A stretch of DNA of 64,000 nt from the NCBI GenBank assembly GCA_964016885.1, contig CAXHJY010000696.1, positions 1 to 64,000 of the forward strand. The letters are read 5' to 3'. This stretch comes from Eledone cirrhosa (taxonomy: Eukaryota). Both the position numbers and the translations under genes were made by a program. Shown here piece after piece: positions 1 to 14,421 of the stretch (positions within the stretch are counted from its first letter, which is position 1; every line of letters starts with the position of its first letter). The notes under the pieces were generated by a model that worked only from the letters and a program-made list of their open reading frames with translations, ran no database searches and had not been told where the DNA came from.

Positions 1-3000
1 AAGGAAGGAAGGACTTGAAGGAAGTATGACTGTGATGATGTATTGAAGGAAGGAAGGAGTGGAAGGAAGTATGTCTGTAATGATGTATTGAAGGAAGGAA
101 GGAGTTGAAGGAAGTATGACTGTAATGATGTATTGAAGGAAGGAAGGAGTGGAAGGAAGTATGACTGTAATGATGTATTGAAGGAAGGAAGGAGAGGAAG
201 AAAGTATGACTGTAATGATGTATTGAAGGAAGGAATGAGTGGAAGGAATTATGACTGTGATGATGTATTGAAGGCAGGAAGAAGTGGAAGGAAGTGTGAC
301 TGTAATGATGCATTGAAGGAAGGAAGGAGTGGAAGGATGTATGACTGTAATGATGTATTGAAGGAAGGAAGGAGTGGAAGGAAGTATGACTGTAATGATG
401 TATTGAAGGAACGTAGGAAGGAGTGGAAGGAAGTACGACTGTGATGATGTATTGAAGGAAGGAAGGAGTGGAATGAAGTATGTCTGTAATGATGTATTGA
501 AGGAAGGAAGGAGTGGAAGGAAGTATGACTGTAATGATGTATTGAAGGAAGGAAGGAGTGGATGGAAGTATGACTGTAATGATGTATTGAAGTAAGGAAG
601 GAGAGGAAGAAAGTATGACTGTAATGATGTATTGAAGCAAGGAAGGAGTGGAAGGAAGTATGACTGTAATGATGTATTGAAGGAAAGAAGGAGTGGAAGA
701 AAGTATGACTGTAATGATGTATTGAAGGAAGGAAGGAAGGAGTGGAAGGAAGTATGACTGTAATGATGTATTGAAGGAAGGAGGGAGTGGGAGGAAGTAT
801 GACTGTAATGATGTATTGAAGGAAGGAAGGAGTGGAAGGAAGTATGACTGTAATGATGTATTGAAGGAAGGAAGGAGTGGAAGAAAGTATGACTGTAATG
901 ATGTATTGAAGGAAGGAAGGAGTGGAAGAAATTATGACTGTAATGATGTATTGAAGGAAGGAGGGATTGGGAGGAAGGAAGTATGACTGTAATGATGTAT
1001 TGAAGGAAGGAAGGAAGGAGTGGAAGGAAGTATGACTGTAATGATGTATTGAAGGAAGGAAGGAGTGGAAGGAAGTATGACTGTAATGATGTATTGAAGG
1101 AAGGAGTGGAAAGGAAGTATGACTGTAATGATGTATTGAAGGAAGGAGTGGAAGGAAGTATGAATGTAACGATGTATTGAAGGAAGGAGTGGAAGGAAGT
1201 ATGACTGTAATGATGTATTGTAGGAGGGAAGTATGACTGTAATGATGTATTGAAGGAAGGAAGGAGTGGAAGGAAGTATGACTGTAATGATGTATTGAAG
1301 GAAGGAAGGAGTGGAAGAAAGTATGACTGTAATGATGTATTGAAGGAAGGAGGGATTGGGAGGAAGGAAGTATGACTGTAATGATGTATTGAAGGAAGGA
1401 AGGAGTGGAAGGAAGTATGACTGTAATGATGTATTGAAGGAAGGAAGTATGACTGTAATGATGTATTGAAGGAAGGAAGGAGTGGAAGGAAGTATGACTG
1501 TAATGATGTATTGAAGGAAGGAAGGAGTGGAAGGAAGTATGACTGTAATGATGTATTGAAGGAAGGAAGGAGTGGAAGGATGTATGACTGTAATGATGTA
1601 TTGAAGGAAGGAAGGAGTGGAAGGAAGTATGTCTGTAATGATATATTGAAGGAGGGAAGGAAGGAGTGGAAGGATGTATGACTGTAATGATGTATTGAAG
1701 GAGGGAAGGAAGGAGTGGAAGGAAGTATGACTGTAAAGATGTATTGAATGAGGGAAGGAAGGAGTGGAATGAAGCATGAATGTAATGATGTATTGAAGGA
1801 AGGAAGGAGTGGAAGGAAGTATGTCTGTAATGATATATTGAAGGAGGGAAGAAAAAAGTGGAAGGAAGTATGAGTGTAATGATGTATTGAAGGAAGGAAG
1901 GAGTGGAAGGAAGTATGACTGTAATGATGTATTGAAGGAAGGAAGGAGTGGAAGGAAGTATTCTTTAATGATGTATTGAATGAGGGAAGGAAGGAGTGGA
2001 AGGAAGTATGACTGTAATGATGTATTGAAGGAAGGAAGGAAGGAGTGGAAGGAGGTATGACTATAATGATGTATTGAAGGAAGGAAGGAGTGGAAGGAAG
2101 TATGACTCTAATGATGTATTGAAGGAGGGAAGGAAGGAGTGGAAGAAAGTATGACTGTAATGATGTATTGAAGGAAGGAAGGAGTGGAAGGAAGTATGAC
2201 TGTAATGATGTATTGAAGGAGGGAAGGAGTGGAAGGAAGTATGTATGTAATGATGTATTGAAGGAGGGAAGGAAGGAGTGGAAGGAAGTATGACCGTAAT
2301 GATGTATTGAAGGAAGGAAGGAGTGGAAGGAAGTATGACTGTAATGATGTATTGAAGGAGGGAAGGAAGGAGTGGAAGGAAGTACGACTGTAATGATGTA
2401 TTGAAGGAAGGAAGGAGTGGAAGGAAATATGTCTGTAATGATATATTGAATGAGGGAAGGAAGGAGTGGAAGGAAGTATGACTGTAATGATGTATTGAAG
2501 GAGGGAAGGAAGGAGTGGAAGGAGGTATGACTGTAATGATGTATTGAAGGAAGGAGTGGAAGGAAGTATGTCTGTAATGATGTATTGAAGGAGGGAAGGA
2601 GTGGAAGGAAGTAAGATTGTAATGATGTATTGAAGGACGGAAGGAAGGCGTCGAAGGAAGTATGACTGTAATGATGTATTGAAGGAGGGAAGGAAGGAGT
2701 GGAAGGAAGTATGACTGTAATGATGTATTGTAGGAGGGAAGGAAAGAGTGGAAGGAAGTATGACTGTAATGATGTATTGAAGGAAGGAAGGAGTGGAAAG
2801 AGGTATGTCTGTAATGATATATTGAAGGAGGGAAGAAGGAGGGGAAGGAAGTATGACTGTAATGATGTATTGAAGGAAGGAAGAAGTGGAAGGAAGTATG
2901 ACTGTAATGATGTATTGAAGGAAGGAAGGAAGGAGTGGAAGAAAGTATGACTGTAATGATGTATTGAAGGAAGGAAGGAAGGAGTGGAAGGAAGTATGAC

Positions 3001-6000
3001 TGTAATGATGTATTGAAGGAGGGAAGGAAGGAGTGGAAGGAAGTATTCTGTAATGATGTATTGAAGGAAGGAAGGAGTGGAAAGAAGTATGTCTGTAATG
3101 ATGTATTGAAGGAGGGAAGGAAGGAGTGGAAGGAAGTATGACTGTAATGATGTATTTAAGGAAGGAAGGAGTTGAAGGAAGTATGACTGTGATGATGTAT
3201 TGAAGGAAGGAAGAAGTGGAAGGAAGTATGACTGTAATGATGCATTGAAGGAAGGAAGGGTTGGAAGGAAGTATGACTGTGATGATGTATTGAAGGAAGG
3301 AAGGAGTGGAAGGAAGTATGTCTGTAATGATGTATTGAAGGAAGGAAGGAGTGGAAGGAAGTATGACTGTAATGATGTATTGAAGGAAGGAAGGAGAGGA
3401 AGAAAGTATGACTGTAATAATGTATTGAAGGAAGGAAGGAGTGGAAGGAAGTATGGCTGTAATGATGTATTGAAGGAAGGAAGGAGTGGGAGGAAGTATG
3501 ACTGTAATGATGTATTGAAGGTAGGAAGGAGTGGGAGGAAGTATGACTGTAATGATGTATTGAAGGAAGGAAGGAGTGGAAGGAAGTATGACTGTAATGA
3601 TGTATTGAAGGAAGGAAGGAGTGGGAGGAAGTATGACTGTAATGATGTATTGAAGGAAGGAAGGAGAGGAAGACAGTATGACTGTAATGATGTATTGAAG
3701 GAAGGAAGGAGAGGAAGAAAATATGACTGTAATGATGTATTGAAGGAAGGAAGTAGTGGAAGGAAGTATGACTGTAATGATGTATTGAAGGAAGGAGGGA
3801 GTGGGAGGAAGTATGACTGTAATGATGTATTGAAGAAAGGAAGGAGTGGAAGGAAGTATGACTGTAATGATGTATTGAAGGAAGGAAGGAGTGGAAGGAA
3901 GTATGACTGTAATGATGTATTGAAGGAAGGAGTGGAAAGGAAGTATGACAGTAATGATGTATTGAAGGAAGGAGTGGAAGGAAGTATGTCTGTAATGATG
4001 TATTGAAGGAAGAAGTGGAAGGAAGTATGACTGTAATGATGTATTGAAGGAAGGAAGGAGTGGAAGTAAGTATGACTGTAATGATGTATTGAAGGAAGGA
4101 AGGAGTGGAAGGAAGTATGACTGTAATGTTGTATTGAAGGAAGGAAGGAGTGGGAGGAAGTATGACTGTAATGATGTATTGAAGGAAGGAAGGAGAGGAA
4201 GAAAGTATGACTGTAATGATGTATTGAAGGAAGGAAGGAGTGGAAGGAAGTATGACTGTAATGATGTATTGAAGGAAGGAAGGAGTGGAAGGAAGTATGA
4301 CTGTAATGTTGTATTGAAGGAAGGAAGGAGTGGGAGGAAGTATGACTGTAATGATGTATTGAAGGAAGGAGGGAGTGGAGGGAAGTATGACTGTAATGAT
4401 GTATTGAAGGAAGGAAGGAGTGGAAGGAAGTATGACTGTAATGTTGTATTGAAGGAAGGAATGAGTGGAGGGAAGTATGACTGTAATGATGTATTGAAGG
4501 AAGGAAGGAGTGGAAGGAAGTATGACTGTAATGTTGTATTGAAGGAAGGAAGGAGTGGAAGGAAGTATGACTGTAATGATGTATTGAAGGAAGGAAGGAG
4601 TGGAAGGAAGTATGACTGTAATGATGTATTGAAGGAAGGAAGGAGTTGAAGGAAGTATGACTGTAATGATGTATTGAAGGAAGGAAGGAAGGAGTGGAAG
4701 GAAGTATGACTGTAATGATGTATTGAAGGAAGGAGTGGAGAGGAAGTATGACTGTAATGATGTATTGAAGGAAGGAATGAGTGGAGGGAAGTATGACTGT
4801 AATGATGTATTGAAGGAAGGAGGGAGTGGGATGAAGTATGACTGTAATGATGTATTGAAGGAAGGAAGGAGTGGAAGGAAGTATGACTGTGATGATGTAT
4901 TGAAGGAAGGAGTGGAAAGGAAGTATGACTGTAATGATGTATTGAAGGAAGGAGTGGAAGGAAGTATGACTGTAATGATGTATTGAAGGAGGGAAGGAAG
5001 GAGTGGAAGGAAGTATGACTGTAATGATGTATTGAAGGAAGGAATGAGTGGAAGGAAGTAAGTCTGTAATGATGTATTGAAGGAGGGAAGGAGTGGAAGG
5101 AAGTATGACTGTAATGATGTATTGAAGGAAGGCAGGAAGGAAGGAGTGGAAGGAAGTATGACTGTAATGATGTATTGTAGGAAGAAAGGAGTGGAAGGAA
5201 GTATGTCTGTAATGATGTATTGAAGGAAGGAAGGAAGGAGTTGTAGAAAGTATGACTGTAATGATGTATTGAAGGAAGGAAGGAAGTAGTGGAAGGAAGT
5301 ATGACTGTAATGATGTATTGAAGGAAGGAAGGAGTGGAAGGAAGTATATCTGTAATGATGTATTGAAGGAAGGAAGGAGTGGAAGGAAGTATGACTGTAA
5401 TGATGTATTGAAGGAGGGAAAGAAGGAGTGGAAGGAAGTATGACTGTAATGATGTATTTAAGGAAGGAAGGAGTGGAAGGAAGTATGACTGTAATGATGT
5501 ATTGAAGGAAGGAAGGAGTGGAAGGAAGTATGACTGTAATGATGTATTTAAGGAAGGAAGGAGTGGAAGGAAGTATGACTGTAATGATGTATTGAAGGAA
5601 GGAAGGAGTGGGAGGAAGTATGACTGTAATGATATATTGAAGGAAGGAAGGAGTGGAAGGAAGTATGACTGTAATGATGTATTTAAGGAAGGAAGGAGTG
5701 GAAGGAAGTATGACTGTAATGATGTATTGAAGGAAGGAAGGAGTGGAAGGAAGTATGACTGTAATGATGTATTTAAGGAAGGAAGGAGTGGAAGGAAGTA
5801 TGACTGTAATGATGTATTGAAGGAAGGAAGGAGTGGAAGGAAGTATGACTGTAATGATGTATTGAAGGATGGAAGGAGTTGAAGGAAGTATGACTGTAAT
5901 GATGTATTGAAGGAAGGAAGGAGTGGAAGGAAGTATGACTGTAATGATGTATTGAAGGAAGGAAGGAGTGGAAGGAAGTATGACTGTAATGATGTATTGA

Positions 6001-6253
6001 AGGATGGAAGGAGTTGAAGGAAGTATGACTGTAATGATGTATTGAAGGATGGAAGGAGTTGAAGGAAGTATGACTGTAATGATGTATTGAAGGAAGGAAG
6101 GAGTGGAAGGAAGTATGACTGTAATGATGTATTGAAGGAAGGAAGGAGTGGAAGGAAGTATGACTGTAATGATGTATTGAAGGATGGAAGGAGTTGAAGG
6201 AAGTATGACTGTAATGATGTATTGAAGGAAGGAAGGAGTGGAAGGAAGTATGT

Positions 6254-9200
6254 CTGTAATGATGTATTGAAGGAAGGAAGGAGTTGAAGGAAGTATGACT
6301 GTGATGATGTATTGAAGGAAGGAAGGAGTGGAAGGAAGTATGTCTGTAATGATGTATTGAAGGAAGGAAGGAGTTGAAGGAAGTATGACTGTAATGATGT
6401 ATTGAAGGAAGGAATGAGTGGAAGGAATTATGACTGTGATGATGTATTGAAGGCAGGAAGAAGTGGAAGGAAGTATGACTGTAATGATGCATTGAAGGAA
6501 GGAGTGGAAGGAAGTATGAATGTAATGATGTATTGAAGGAAGGAAGGAGTGCAAGGAAGTATGACTGTAATGATGTATTGAAGGAAGGAGAGGAAGAAAG
6601 TATGACTGTAATGATGTATTGAAGGAAGGAGTGGAAGGAAGTATGACTGTAATGATGTATTGAAGGAAGGAAGGAGTGGAAGGAAGTATGACTGTAATGA
6701 TGTATTGTAGGAAGGAGTGGAAGGAAGTATGACTGTAATGATGTATTGAAGGAGGGAAGGAAGGAGTGGAAGGAAGTATGACTGTAATGATGTATTGAAG
6801 GAAGGAAGGAGTGGAAGGAAGTATGTCTGTAATGATGTATTGTAGGAGGGAAGGAAGGCGTGGAAGGAAGTATGACTGTAATGATGTATTGAAGGAAGGA
6901 AGGAGTGGAAGGAAGTATGACTGTAATGATGTATTGAAGGAAGGAAGGAGAGGAAGAAAGTATGACTGTAATGATGTATTGAAGGAAGGAAGGAGTGGAA
7001 GGAAGTCTGACTGTAATGATGTATTGAAGGAAGGAAGGAGAGGAAGAAAGTATGACTGTAATGATGTATTGAAGGAAGGAAGGAGAGGAAGAAAGTATGA
7101 CTGTAATGATGTATTGAAGTAAGGAAGGAGTGGAAGGAAGTATGACTGTAATGACGTATTGAAGGAAGGAGTGGAAGGAAGTATGTCTGTAATGATATAT
7201 TGAAGGAGGGAAGGAAGGAGTGGAAGGATGTATGACTGTAATAATGTATTGAAGGAGGGAAGGAAGGAGTGGAAGGAAGTAAGACTGTAATGATGTATTG
7301 AAGGAGGGAAGGAAGGAGTGGAAGGAAGTATGACTGTAATGATGTATTGAAGGAAGGAAGGAGTGGAAGGAAGTATGTCTGTAATGATATATTGAAGGAG
7401 GGAAGAAGGAGGGGAAGGAAGTATGACTGTAATGATGTATTGAAGGAAGGAAGAAGTGGAAGGAAGTATGACTGTAATGATGTATTGAAGGAAGGAAGGA
7501 AGGAGTGGAAGGAAGTATGACTGTAATGATGTATTGAAGGAAGGAAGGAAGGAGTGGAAGGAAGTATGACTGTAATGATGTATTGAAGGAGGGAAGGAAG
7601 GAGTGGAAGGAAGTATTCTGTAATGATGTATTGAAGGAGGGAAGGAGTGGACAGATGTATGACTGTAATGATGTATTGAAGGAAGGCAGGAAGGAAGGAG
7701 TGGAAGGAAGTATGACTGTAATGATGTATTGAAGGAAGGAAGGAAGGAGTGGAAGGAGGTATGACTGTAATGATGTATTGAAGGAAGGTAGGAGTGGATG
7801 GTAATATGACTGTAATGATGTATTGAAGGAGGGAAGGAAGGAGTGGAAGGAAGTATGACTGTAATGATGTATTGAAGGATGGAAGGAAGGAGTGGAAGGA
7901 AGTATGACCGTAATGATGTATTGAAGGAAGGAAGGAGTGGAAGGAAGTATGACTGTAATGATGTATTGAAGGAGGGAAGGAAGGAGTGGAAGGAAGTACG
8001 TCTGTAATGATGTATTGTAGGAAGGAAGGAGTGGAAGGAAATATGTCTGTAATGATATATTGAAGGAGAGAAGAAAGGAGTGGAAGGAAGTATGACTGTA
8101 ATGATGTATTGAAGGAGGGAAGGAAGGAGTGGAAGGAGGTATGACTGTAATGATGTATTGAAGGAAGGAAGGAGTGGAAGGAAGTATGACTGTAATGATG
8201 TATTGAAGGAAGGAAGGAGTGGATGGAAATATGACTGTAATGATGTATTGAAGGAGGGAAGGAAGGAGTGGAAGAAAGTATGACTGTAATGATGTACTGA
8301 AAGAGGGAAGGTGTGGAAGGAAGTATGACTGTAATGATGTATTGAAGGAAGGAAGGAGTGGAAGGAAGTATGAATGTAATGATGTATTGAATGAGGCAAG
8401 GAAGGAGTGGAAGGAAGTATGACTGTAATGATGTATTGAAGGAAGGAAGGAGTGGAAGGAAGTATGACTGTAATGATGTATTGAATGAGGAAAGGAAGGA
8501 GTGGATGGAAGTACGACTGTAATGATGTATTGAAGGAGGGAAGGAAGGAGTGGAAGGAAGTATGACTGTAATGATGTATTGAACGACGGAAGGAGTGGAA
8601 GGAAGTATGGTTGTAATGATGTATTGAAGGAAGGAGTGGAAAGGAACTATGACTGTAATGATGTATTGAAGGAATGAGTGGAAGGAAGTATGACTGTAAT
8701 GATGTATTGAAGGAAGGAAGGAGTAGAAGGAAGTATGACTGTAATGATGTATTGAATGAAGGAAGGAGAGGAAGGAAGTATGACTGTAATGATGTATTGA
8801 AGGAAGGAAGGAGTTGAAGGAAGTATGACTGTGATGATGTATTGAAGGAAGGAAGGAGTGGAAGGAAGTATGTCTGTAATGATGTATTGAAGGAAGGAAG
8901 GAGTTGAAGGAAGTATGACTGTAATGATGTATTGAAGGAAGGAATGAGTGGAAGGAATTATGACTGTGATGATGTATTGAAGGCAGGAAGAAGTGGAAGG
9001 AAGTATGACTGTAATGATGCATTGAAGGAAGGAGTGGAAGGAAGTATGAATGTAATGATGTATTGAAGGAAGGAAGGAGTGCAAGGAAGTATGACTGTAA
9101 TGATGTATTGAAGGAAGGAGAGGAAGAAAGTATGACTGTAATGATGTATTGAAGGAAGGAGTGGAAGGAAGTATGACTGTAATGATGTATTGAAGGAAGG

Positions 9201-11344
9201 AAGGAGTGGAAGGAAGTATGACTGTAATGATGTATTGTAGGAAGGAGTGGAAGGAAGTATGACTGTAATGATGTATTGAAGGAGGGAAGGAAGGAGTGGA
9301 AGGAAGTATGACTGTAATGATGTATTGAAGGAAGGAAGGAGTGGAAGGAAGTATGTCTGTAATGATGTATTGTAGGAGGGAAGGAAGGCGTGGAAGGAAG
9401 TATGACTGTAATGATGTATTGAAGGAAGGAAGGAGTGGAAGGAAGTATGACTGTAATGATGTATTGAAGGAAGGAAGGAGAGGAAGAAAGTATGACTGTA
9501 ATGATGTATTGAAGGAAGGAAGGAGTGGAAGGAAGTCTGACTGTAATGATGTATTGAAGGAAGGAAGGAGAGGAAGAAAGTATGACTGTAATGATGTATT
9601 GAAGGAAGGAAGGAGAGGAAGAAAGTATGACTGTAATGATGTATTGAAGTAAGGAAGGAGTGGAAGGAAGTATGACTGTAATGACGTATTGAAGGAAGGA
9701 GTGGAAGGAAGTATGTCTGTAATGATATATTGAAGGAGGGAAGGAAGGAGTGGAAGGATGTATGACTGTAATAATGTATTGAAGGAGGGAAGGAAGGAGT
9801 GGAAGGAAGTATGACTGTAATGATGTATTGAAGGAGGGAAGGAAGGAGTGGAAGGAAGTATGACTGTAATGATGTATTGAAGGAAGGAAGGAGTGGAAGG
9901 AAGTATGTCTGTAATGATATATTGAAGGAGGGAAGAAGGAGGGGAAGGAAGTATGACTGTAATGATGTATTGAAGGAAGGAAGAAGTGGAAGGAAGTATG
10001 ACTGTAATGATGTATTGAAGGAAGGAAGGAAGGAGTGGAAGGAAGTATGACTGTAATGATGTATTGAAGGAAGGAAGGAAGGAGTGGAAGGAAGTATGAC
10101 TGTAATGATGTATTGAAGGAGGGAAGGAAGGAGTGGAAGGAAGTATTCTGTAATGATGTATTGAAGGAGGGAAGGAGTGGACAGATGTATGACTGTAATG
10201 ATGTATTGAAGGAAGGCAGGAAGGAAGGAGTGGAAGGAAGTATGACTGTAATGATGTATTGAAGGAAGGAAGGAAGGAGTGGAAGGAGGTATGACTGTAA
10301 TGATGTATTGAAGGAAGGTAGGAGTGGATGGTAATATGACTGTAATGATGTATTGAAGGAGGGAAGGAAGGAGTGGAAGGAAGTATGACTGTAATGATGT
10401 ATTGAAGGATGGAAGGAAGGAGTGGAAGGAAGTATGACCGTAATGATGTATTGAAGGAAGGAAGGAGTGGAAGGAAGTATGACTGTAATGATGTATTGAA
10501 GGAGGGAAGGAAGGAGTGGAAGGAAGTACGTCTGTAATGATGTATTGTAGGAAGGAAGGAGTGGAAGGAAATATGTCTGTAATGATATATTGAAGGAGAG
10601 AAGAAAGGAGTGGAAGGAAGTATGACTGTAATGATGTATTGAAGGAGGGAAGGAAGGAGTGGAAGGAGGTATGACTGTAATGATGTATTGAAGGAAGGAA
10701 GGAGTGGAAGGAAGTATGACTGTAATGATGTATTGAAGGAAGGAAGGAGTGGATGGAAATATGACTGTAATGATGTATTGAAGGAGGGAAGGAAGGAGTG
10801 GAAGAAAGTATGACTGTAATGATGTACTGAAAGAGGGAAGGTGTGGAAGGAAGTATGACTGTAATGATGTATTGAAGGAAGGAAGGAGTGGAAGGAAGTA
10901 TGAATGTAATGATGTATTGAATGAGGCAAGGAAGGAGTGGAAGGAAGTATGACTGTAATGATGTATTGAAGGAAGGAAGGAGTGGAAGGAAGTATGACTG
11001 TAATGATGTATTGAATGAGGAAAGGAAGGAGTGGATGGAAGTACGACTGTAATGATGTATTGAAGGAGGGAAGGAAGGAGTGGAAGGAAGTATGACTGTA
11101 ATGATGTATTGAACGACGGAAGGAGTGGAAGGAAGTATGGTTGTAATGATGTATTGAAGGAAGGAGTGGAAAGGAACTATGACTGTAATGATGTATTGAA
11201 GGAATGAGTGGAAGGAAGTATGACTGTAATGATGTATTGAAGGAAGGAAGGAGTAGAAGGAAGTATGACTGTAATGATGTATTGAATGAAGGAAGGAGAG
11301 GAAGGAAGTATGACTGTAATGATGTATTGAAGGAAGGAAGGAGT
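6254..11344. repeat. Near-perfect 2530-bp tandem duplication within the array
   Basis: Rare variants recur at exactly +2530: 6301/8831, GCGTGG 6858/9388, GAACGACGGA 8581/11111. Identical ORF-track peptides occur at 6811 and 9341. One difference seen: A7282 vs T9812. Confidence 0.95.
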
Positions 11345-13049
11345 AGAAGGAAGTATGACTGTAATGATGTATTGAATGAAGGAAGGAGAGGAAGGAAGTA
11401 TGCCTGTAATGATGTATTGAATGAAGGAAGGAGAGGAAGGAAGTATGACTGTAATGATGTATTGAAGGAAGGAAGGAGTGAAAGGAAGTAAGACTGTAAT
11501 GATATATTGAAGGAAGGAAGGAAAGAGTGCAAGGAAGTATGACTGTAATGATGTATTGAAGGAAGGAAGGAAGGAGTGGAAGGAAGAATGACTGTAATGA
11601 TGTATTGAAGGAAGGAAGGAGTGGAAAGGAAGTATGACTGTAATGATGTATTGAAGGAAGGAAGGAGTGGAAGGAAGTATGTCTGTAATGATGTATTGAA
11701 GGAAGGAAGGAGTGGAAGGAAGTATGACTGTAATGATGTATTGAAGGAAGGAAGGAGTGGAAGGAAGTATGTCTGTAATGATGTATTGAAGGAAGGAAGA
11801 AAGGAGTGGAAGGAAGCATGACTGTAATGATGTATTGAAGTAAGGAATGAGTGGAAGGAAGTATGTCTGTAATGATGTATTGAAGGAGGGAAGGAAGGAG
11901 TGGAAGGAAGTATGTCTGTAATGATGTATTGAAGGAGGGAAGGAAGGAGTGGAAGGAAGTATGTCTGTAATGATGTATTGAAGGAGGGAAGGAAGGAGTG
12001 GAAGGAAGTATGTCTGTAATGATGTATTGAAGGAGGGAAGGAAGGAGTGGAAGGAAGAATGACTGTAATGATGTATTGAAGGAAGGAAGGAGTGGAAAGG
12101 AAGTATGACTGTAATGATGTATTGAAGGAAGGAAGGAGTGGAATGAAGTATGACTGTAATGATGTATTGAAGGAAGGAAGGAGTGGAAAGATGTATGACT
12201 GTAATGATGTATTGAAGGAAGGAAGGAGTGGAAGGAAGTATGACTGTAATGACGTATTGAAGGAAGGAAGGAGTGGAAGGAAGTATGACTGTAATGATGT
12301 ATTGAAGGAAGGAAGGAGTGGAAGGAAGTATGTCTGTAATGATGTATTGAAGGAGGGATGGAAGGAGTGGAAGGAAGTATGACTGTCATGATGTATTGAA
12401 GGAAGGAAGGAAGGAAGGAGTGGAAGGAAGTATCATTGTAATGATGTATTGAAAGAAGGAAGGAGTGGAAGGAAGTTTGACTGTAATGATGTATTGAAGG
12501 ACGGAAGGAAGGCGTCGAAGGAAGTATGCCTGTAATGATGTATTGAAGGAGGGAAGGAAGGAGTGGAAGGAAGTATGACTGTAATGATGTATTGAAGGAA
12601 GGAAGGAGTGGAAGGAAATATGTATGTAATGATATATTGAAGGAGAGAAGAAAGGAGTGCAAGGAAGTATGACTGTAATGATGTATTGAAGGAAGGAAGG
12701 AAGGAGTGGAAGGAAGAATGACTGTAATGATGTATTGAAGGAAGGAAGGAGTGGAAAGGAAGTATGACTGTAATGATGTATTGAAGGAAGGAAGGAAGGA
12801 GTGCTAGGAAGTATGTCTGTAATGATGTATTGAAGGAAGGAAGGAGTGGAAGGAAGTATGACTGTAATGATGTATTGAAGGAAGGAAGGAGTGGAAGGAA
12901 GTATGACTGTAATGACGTATTGAAGGAAGGAGTGGAAGGAAGTATGTCTGTAATGATTTATTGAAGGAACGAGTTGAAGGAAGTATGACTGTAATGATGT
13001 ATTGAAGGAAGGAAGGAGTGCAAGGAAGTATGACTGTAATGATGTATTG

Positions 13050-13370
13050 AAAGAAGGAAGGAGTGGAAGGAAGTATTCTTTAATGATGTATTGAATGAGG
13101 GAAGGAAGGAGTGGAAGGAAGTATGACTGTAATGATGTATTGAAGGAAGGAAGGAAGGAGTGGAAGGAGGTATGACTGTAATGATGTATTGAAGGAAGGA
13201 AGGAGTGGAAGGAAGTATGACTCTAATGATGTATTGAAGGAAGGAAGGAGTGGATGGTAATATGACTGTAATGATGTATTGAAAGAAGGAAGGAGTGGAA
13301 GGAAGTATTCTTTAATGATGTATTGAATGAGGGAAGGAAGGAGTGGAAGGAAGTATGACTGTAATGATGT
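13050..13370. repeat. 232-bp five-monomer unit, partially duplicated (same arrangement again at ~15660-16110)
   Basis: Variant TATTCTTTAATG at 13074 and 13306 (+232), and again at 15684 and 15916 (+232). Confidence 0.85.
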
Positions 13371-14106
13371 ATTGAAGGAAGGAGTGGAAAGGAACTATGA
13401 CTGTAATGATGTATTGAAGGAAGGAGTTGAAGGAAGTATGACTGTAAGGATGTATTGAAGGAAGGAAGGAGTGGTAGGAAGTATGACTGTAATGATGTAT
13501 TGAAGGAAGGAAGGAAGGAGAGGAAGGAAGTATGACTGTAATGATGTATTGAAGGAAGGAAGGAGTGGAAGGAAGTATGTCTGTAATGATGTATTGAAGG
13601 AAGGAAGAAAGGAGTGGAAGGAAGTATGTCTGTAATGACGTATTGAAGGAAGGAGTGGAAGGAAGTATGACTGTAATGATGTATTGAAGGAAGGAAGGAG
13701 TGGAAGGAAGTATGACTCTAATGATGTATTGAAGGAAGGAAGGAGTGGATGGTAATATGACTGTAATGATGTATTGAAGGAGGGAAGGAAGGAGTGGAAG
13801 AAAGTATGACTGTAATGATGTACTGAAAGAGGGAAGAAGTGGCAGGAAGTATGTATGTAATGATGAAATGAAGGAGGGAAGGAAGGAGTGGAAGGAAGTA
13901 TGACTGTAATGATGTATTGAAGGAGGGAAGGAAGGAGTGGAAGGAGGTATGACTGTAATGATGTATTGAAGGAAGGAAGGAGTGGAAGGAAGTATGACTG
14001 TAATGATGTATTGAAGGAAGGAAGGAGTGGATGGAAATATGACTGTAATGATGTATTGAAGGAGGGAAGGAAGGAGTGGAAGGAAGTATGACTGTAATGA
14101 TGTATT

Positions 14107-14421
14107 GAAGGAAGGAATGAGTGGAAGGAAGTATGTCTGTAATGATGTATTGAAGGAAGGAATGAGTGGAAGGAAGTATGACTGTAATGATGTATTGAAG
14201 GAAGGAAGGAGTGGAAGGAGGTATGACTGTAATGATGTATTGAAGGAAGGAATGAGTGGAAGGAAGTATGACTGTAATGATGTATTGAAGGAAGGAAGGA
14301 GTGGAAGGAGGTATGACTGTAATGATGTATTGAAGGAAGGAATGAGTGGAAGGAAGTATGACTGTAATGATGTATTGAAGGAAGGAAGGAGTGGAAGGAG
14401 GTATGACTGTAATGATGTATT
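14107..14421. repeat. Local 90-bp dimer higher-order repeat (GGAATGAGT monomer alternating with GGAGGTATG monomer)
   Basis: The two variants alternate three times; visible in the ORF track as alternating EGMSGRKY / EGRSGRRY. Confidence 0.85.
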
